From an uncultured virus (IMG/VR IMGVR_UViG_3300042466_001016) (lineage: Duplodnaviria; Heunggongvirae; Uroviricota; Caudoviricetes): a DNA stretch of 20,000 nucleotides. Below are positions 16,601-20,000 of this stretch, in pieces. The stretch lies in the IMG/VR virus record IMGVR_UViG_3300042466_001016; one strand, given 5' to 3'. The position numbers and the translations under genes are program-made. Every line of letters begins with the position of its first letter. Position 1 is the first letter of the stretch. The notes below the pieces were generated by a model. It was not told the DNA's origin, did no database searches, and was given only the letters and a program-made list of their open reading frames with translations.

Positions 16601-17921
16601 GGTCATAGCTTATTGTTGGAATCAAATTACTTGCACCAGTTAAACTTACCATAAGGTTCAATACAGTCCCTTTGGTTTTATCATCGTAAAAAGCATAAAT
16701 ATTTGGTGGAGTCAAATCTGGTTTTTCTTCTCCTTTTGCGTAACCTGGAGCATAACCACTTCTAAAAGGAGTAGGGTTTGGGTTATCATAATCACCAGTA
16801 CCATTGATATTGGCAAACATATTATCGGTCAAAGATTGTCTTTGACCCTTGCCAGTATTTTCCAACATAAAGTTGGCTCTTTGAATATTTCCAGATTGAT
16901 TTTCAGATGAAAATATAGAACCAGCGTCTTGAAGATAACTTCTTGGAATTGTAAAACCTAATACCTTCTCTGTGTAATCAGCTATTTTACCTAACGTACT
17001 TGAAGGTACTGTAATTTGATAGTTTGGGCGAAGTCCAGGAAGTGGACCACCCTTGACCAACGCTAGTACGTTATCTTGTATATTTAAACTACCTAAAATA
17101 TCTTGTTGAACATTAAAAGCCGCATTATTTGCCAAGGCCAAAACCAATTGTTGACCACCAATCATACCTAATTTTGTATCATTAATGGCACCAGTTGCAC
17201 TTAAAACTCTACCAGCCAATGAACTCTTTATATCAAAATTGGTTACAACACCACCCTTTGCCAGTCCTAACCCTTGACCGTTTAAAAGACTACCAATTAT
17301 GTTGGCAGCTTGAACACCTTTTTGACCATTGCCTAAATTCAACCCACCATATTGGTCAGCATATCCTGTTATTTGTTGAGTAAATCCAGCTGGTTGAAGA
17401 GTAATGAAATCTGCCGCATCGAATTGTTTTGTTGTATCTAAATAAAGATTAAGTAAAGTTGCCGATTTTCTAAACCCAGCATAATCTGTTTTTCCTAATA
17501 AACCATATTTAGCAACACTTTCACTTGAACTAGTTGGATATGATTGAGTTCCATCTGGAAAATCTACTGAACCAAACACACCTTGAGTTTGAGTTATGTT
17601 CTCAATATCAATTAATGAAGGTGCTGTTGGTTGGTCATTCTTAAATTGATTTGAAGCTATAGCTGTCTCATATCTAAGAATACCTTCAACTTCCAAAGGA
17701 AGACCCAAAGGAATAACATTAACATCACCATTGACACTTAAATCCAAAACAGGTTCACCAATACGAGGACTACCATTAATCGCTGTTGATAAATAAGGAT
17801 ATACTGGAGCTAGATTCTTATTCAACAAAAAATCCCTAATACCATAAGTAACAGCAATATCTGTGATATTGTTTTTAGTTGATGGTGTAGGTGCCGCTGT
17901 ATTATAAAATGGAAATGGCAT
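13680..17921 (-). CDS. Baseplate/tail-tube-initiator-like protein with inserted OmpA-like peptidoglycan-binding domain
   Basis: Tube-fold segments FPPYNIQFSESTSVNWEPTNFIGRGEPVYTYNNTERTGNLSFTIVVD and APVCILRIGDFYHTKIVIDSLNIDYEPLIWD...PMLANVTLSFKFVG. Between them is an OmpA-C signature VYFPND...IKIQGTASPQG...YNTELAEQRAKSVAKFL...DRRAEVTF. It directly follows the tape-measure gene. Confidence 0.75.
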   Translation of the reverse strand: MPFPFYNTAAPTPSTKNNITDIAVTYGIRDFLLNKNLAPVYPYLSTAINGSPRIGEPVLDLSVNGDVNVIPLGLPLEVEGILRYETAIASNQFKNDQPTAPSLIDIENITQTQGVFGSVDFPDGTQSYPTSSSESVAKYGLLGKTDYAGFRKSATLLNLYLDTTKQFDAADFITLQPAGFTQQITGYADQYGGLNLGNGQKGVQAANIIGSLLNGQGLGLAKGGVVTNFDIKSSLAGRVLSATGAINDTKLGMIGGQQLVLALANNAAFNVQQDILGSLNIQDNVLALVKGGPLPGLRPNYQITVPSSTLGKIADYTEKVLGFTIPRSYLQDAGSIFSSENQSGNIQRANFMLENTGKGQRQSLTDNMFANINGTGDYDNPNPTPFRSGYAPGYAKGEEKPDLTPPNIYAFYDDKTKGTVLNLMVSLTGASNLIPTISYDRSNLIKEYGFEGPSDRYFIGHRSNPAYDKRKISDVAFSWGSRDGEAINVDAEDNYEPFAGDKKSLLVKTQKLFNSKGMLNIVTRKGDMNKKSSQIETASGGGFSKGSGVLSEDVYAGRYQVSAKLDTAEKTYCRSWTTIDRYDKVYNLIRHSGLKEFSDKLPYRFKYDNSTLESNGFVKIAPYEDEYKSSSPITTNPKNYMFSIENLAWHGSDNMQNLLPVEQGPGDTTTGKRGRIMWFPPYNIQFSESTSVNWEPTNFIGRGEPVYTYNNTERTGNLSFTIVVDHSSYVNGFGDSAIQADDNYVASFFAGCVQPDSKIAERLTLSQKSYGAQASNQTITNKNVEAPKLPEPFNVYFPNDIFDINTVIDLGYENGLNNDYKVTPPIVGTTPVTSLDGAGNGIGKLQGVVTPPKDSNGKPMINAPKKIYFDGYNYGKNAKKLKVIAGQQEYSGITDDAYFSDLSNYLKNTCKACVIKIQGTASPQGYEPYNTELAEQRAKSVAKFLEGKLTVDKSRIKALLKYKALTNTGCKIPGNPDQETCKEDRRAEVTFEIDPSLYPKDVVEAPAVVKNENQNLNKEVKNQLYDESRYFNRLKFNSPLVFDAFKDRINHFNPAFHSMTPEGLNSRLTFLQQCTRQGPTLEKVDTKNLAFGRAPVCILRIGDFYHTKIVIDSLNIDYEPLIWDLNPEGIGVQPMLANVTLSFKFVGGSSLQGPINILQNALSFNYYANTQVYDPRASYIKEGKVVVGATTLTSYTATDNQTETTTKTIDQGAAADKEKGPESAKPTPDAPPASTGTDEGIYENAMLLGNYNLTVSYSGTKLKGRFFIFGNNDLLKEEYDAKIQLSAGPMGGMLDIAAFKLGGPTSDKPGSGNFESTKDGWKSTLSFAKDNSTSTVDFKVIIPKFPKLSFWFRKAIMPYDCPDEDYKMDDLISVHDYENIKKNPCCVCYGDPYTASKPVIIDGKECPLAGTTC

Positions 17922-18001
17922 AGTATTTACTTTCTATATAAATACTATTGTACTGTAATTTTTACTAAAATAAATGGTATTATGCTAAATACATTAAAAA
18001 T

Positions 18002-18020
18002 AAAAAAGCACATTCTGTGC
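18002..18020 (-). terminator. Probable intrinsic terminator
   Basis: Minus strand reads GCACA-GAA-TGTGC followed by TTTTTTATTTTT. The stem is short. Confidence 0.6.
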
Positions 18021-18093
18021 CTGTTTAGTATTTTTATTTATATATATAATTTAATATCTAATAATATATCATTATTATAATACTTTTGTATTG

Positions 18094-18125
18094 CAAATTT
18101 ACTACTTTTTTTTGACATTGTCAAG
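18094..18125 (-). promoter_or_regulatory. Bacteroidota sigma70-type promoter P4 with a palindrome over the -33 element
   Basis: CTTG (18125-18122), a 20-nt spacer, then TAAATTTG (18101-18094). The palindrome TTGACA-T-TGTCAA spans 18112-18124. Confidence 0.72.
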
Positions 18126-18139
18126 TTTTTTTATAAATA

Positions 18140-20000
18140 TTAAGCTCTTTGTATTTGATTTTTATTAACATTAAGTTGAATCATTATTTTTTTAGTTAAT
18201 TCATTTATAAATTGTGGGCTTTTTAATAAATCAACACCCATGTTTGGACTTCCTGGAGTTTCAACCATTAGTTTACCATTTATTGTTAACTCACCAAATT
18301 CAACTTTTGATATTGTATTATTAGAATTTGAATTACTTGATTCATCAGAATATTTTTTACTCATTATAGCATTGGCTAAATCTTTATTACCATTAACATT
18401 TGTGCCAGCAATCATAGACCCATCATTAAGTTTTAAAAATTTATCTTTAGGGTTAAACATAACCCCATCATTAACTACTTCATCATATATACCATATCCT
18501 AAACCACCAATCCCACCAATAATTGCACCTGGTACAGCACCAACACCACCAAAAAGTGCACCAACACCAGCACCAGCAGCCGCACCAACACCAGTAGTTG
18601 CAGCTAATCTACCTACTTTTTTCTTCCAATTAGCATTCCAATTATCCGTTGTTTTCTTTTCACCAACTATTGCATCATAACCTTTACCACCCAAATAACC
18701 ACCAATAATACCAGCAATACCAGCAAGACCAGCACCAACTGCGGTAATTGCAGACATACCAGCAGTAGCTGTTCCACCAACAGTTGTTACACTAGCAGCA
18801 GTTGTTTCACCGACTACTGCTGTTTCAGCAGCTACAGTAGTAGCACCCTTGCTAAAAATATTTTTTAATCCACTTAATAAACCTCCCTTACCAGCCGATA
18901 TATTAAATCCAGTTCCCAATGCAATACCACTTAATATCCATTTTGCAGTTTCAAACAAAGCTAAACCTCCAATTGCTATTGCTAATGATTCGAATGGGTT
19001 TTTACTTATGAATTCACCTAAAAATACTAACTTATCAGCTAAGTTTTGAATAGTTTTAATGAATTTTTCACTTTTCATAAAATCACCAATTTTTTTAACC
19101 AATGGACCAAAACCCTTATCCAAGGCATCTACCAATGGCATCAACATACCCTTAAATAAATTTATTAAATTTGTTAATTTTTCGTCAAAAGTTTGAGCAG
19201 ATTCAGCACGTTTTTTTAGTGTTGCCTTTTCAGCAATCATTGCATCCAACGATTTTTTATCCATATCGGTCAATTGACTAACAAGTTTTTTATTACCCCC
19301 AATAGTTATTTCTGCTTCACCTTTATCATTTAACTGTGCTGTGGTTTCTATAAACTCTTTGGTGTCTTTATCAAAATTAAATCTAATTTGTTTTCTAATA
19401 CCAACAAATTGGGCGGCTTTTTTAGCTGAAACAGCCAAGTCTTCAAAATTAATACCAGTAGCTTCAGCTACTTTTCTAAGTCTTTGCATTTCCAACGCTG
19501 AAATTTCAAATTGTTTGTTTTCTTTGCTAAAATGAGCTGAAGCAGCGGTTGCATCCACCATTTCTTTTGTTAACCCCTCCATGTCATTACGAGCCTTATA
19601 CATCAAATCAAATGGGTCAGCTAATTTAGAAAATTCACCCCCCAATACTTGCAATTGGGCAGATACATCAACAGCACCCTCAATATCAAATAGCTTGTCA
19701 GCCAATGGTGCGACCATATTCATATCAAGACCCAATTTGGTCATTGATTCAGCCATTTTTTTCAATCCATTAACACCACCCTTGAAATTGTATTTATTCA
19801 ACATCTTCATATTTTGTTGAATATTCTTTACAACCTTTGATGCGTTTAAACCCATCTTGCTAGAATCATTCATCGTTTTCTCAATAAAATCAGCAGCACC
19901 TTCAGTAGAAATCCCTATCCTATCAAAATCACCAGCTAATTGAGCAGCACCTTCAGCACCCAACCCAGTAGCCTTGGCCATAGCAGCCATAGATTCTAAA
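18140..20000 (-). CDS. Tail tape-measure protein (5' end outside the window)
   Basis: The frame is open beyond 19990 (...LES-MAAMAK). Helical Ala/Gly/Lys-rich sequence with hydrophobic Gly-zipper segments, located upstream of the baseplate genes. Confidence 0.8.
   Translation of the reverse strand, partial: LESMAAMAKATGLGAEGAAQLAGDFDRIGISTEGAADFIEKTMNDSSKMGLNASKVVKNIQQNMKMLNKYNFKGGVNGLKKMAESMTKLGLDMNMVAPLADKLFDIEGAVDVSAQLQVLGGEFSKLADPFDLMYKARNDMEGLTKEMVDATAASAHFSKENKQFEISALEMQRLRKVAEATGINFEDLAVSAKKAAQFVGIRKQIRFNFDKDTKEFIETTAQLNDKGEAEITIGGNKKLVSQLTDMDKKSLDAMIAEKATLKKRAESAQTFDEKLTNLINLFKGMLMPLVDALDKGFGPLVKKIGDFMKSEKFIKTIQNLADKLVFLGEFISKNPFESLAIAIGGLALFETAKWILSGIALGTGFNISAGKGGLLSGLKNIFSKGATTVAAETAVVGETTAASVTTVGGTATAGMSAITAVGAGLAGIAGIIGGYLGGKGYDAIVGEKKTTDNWNANWKKKVGRLAATTGVGAAAGAGVGALFGGVGAVPGAIIGGIGGLGYGIYDEVVNDGVMFNPKDKFLKLNDGSMIAGTNVNGNKDLANAIMSKKYSDESSNSNSNNTISKVEFGELTINGKLMVETPGSPNMGVDLLKSPQFINELTKKIMIQLNVNKNQIQRA

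Noticed and set aside
18540..18850. CRISPR array, DGR repeat or tandem DNA repeat (cacca/cagca runs)
   Set aside because: The runs reflect Gly/Ala codons. I saw no spaced identical repeats or TR/VR pair by eye, and no tRNA or rRNA was recognised.
1..20000. Stop-codon reassignment (the stops checked are TAA or TGA, not TAG)
   Set aside because: Genes are intact and densely packed under code 11, so no read-through is needed.
6984..20000. Bacterial eCIS/T6SS locus rather than phage tail
   Set aside because: It is directly linked to gp32/UvsX/RNase H/gp41-like phage replication genes and includes a long tape measure.

Overview
AT-rich fragment of a large tailed dsDNA phage (T4-like replication genes, contractile-tail-type baseplate genes), with every credible gene on the minus strand in the standard genetic code. 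In transcription order (right to left): 3' part of a tape-measure protein; a 1413-aa tube-initiator-like protein with an OmpA-like domain inserted into it; a LysM/gp53-like wedge protein; a 2123-aa baseplate hub fused to a lambda-type muramidase and an SGNH hydrolase; four hypothetical proteins; then gp32-like SSB, UvsX/RecA, RNase H/5'-3' exonuclease, an internally duplicated hypothetical protein and a DnaB/gp41 helicase (cut by the window edge, absent from the ORF track). Four TTG-N19/20-TAnnTTTG promoters and A-rich, SD-less leaders point to a Bacteroidota host. The most notable items are the multi-enzyme cell-wall-penetration baseplate, a promoter-terminator unit with no ORF at about 18.0-18.1 kb, a predicted leaderless gene and a recurring TATTTATA motif. 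All protein calls come from motif recognition by eye, with no database searches.
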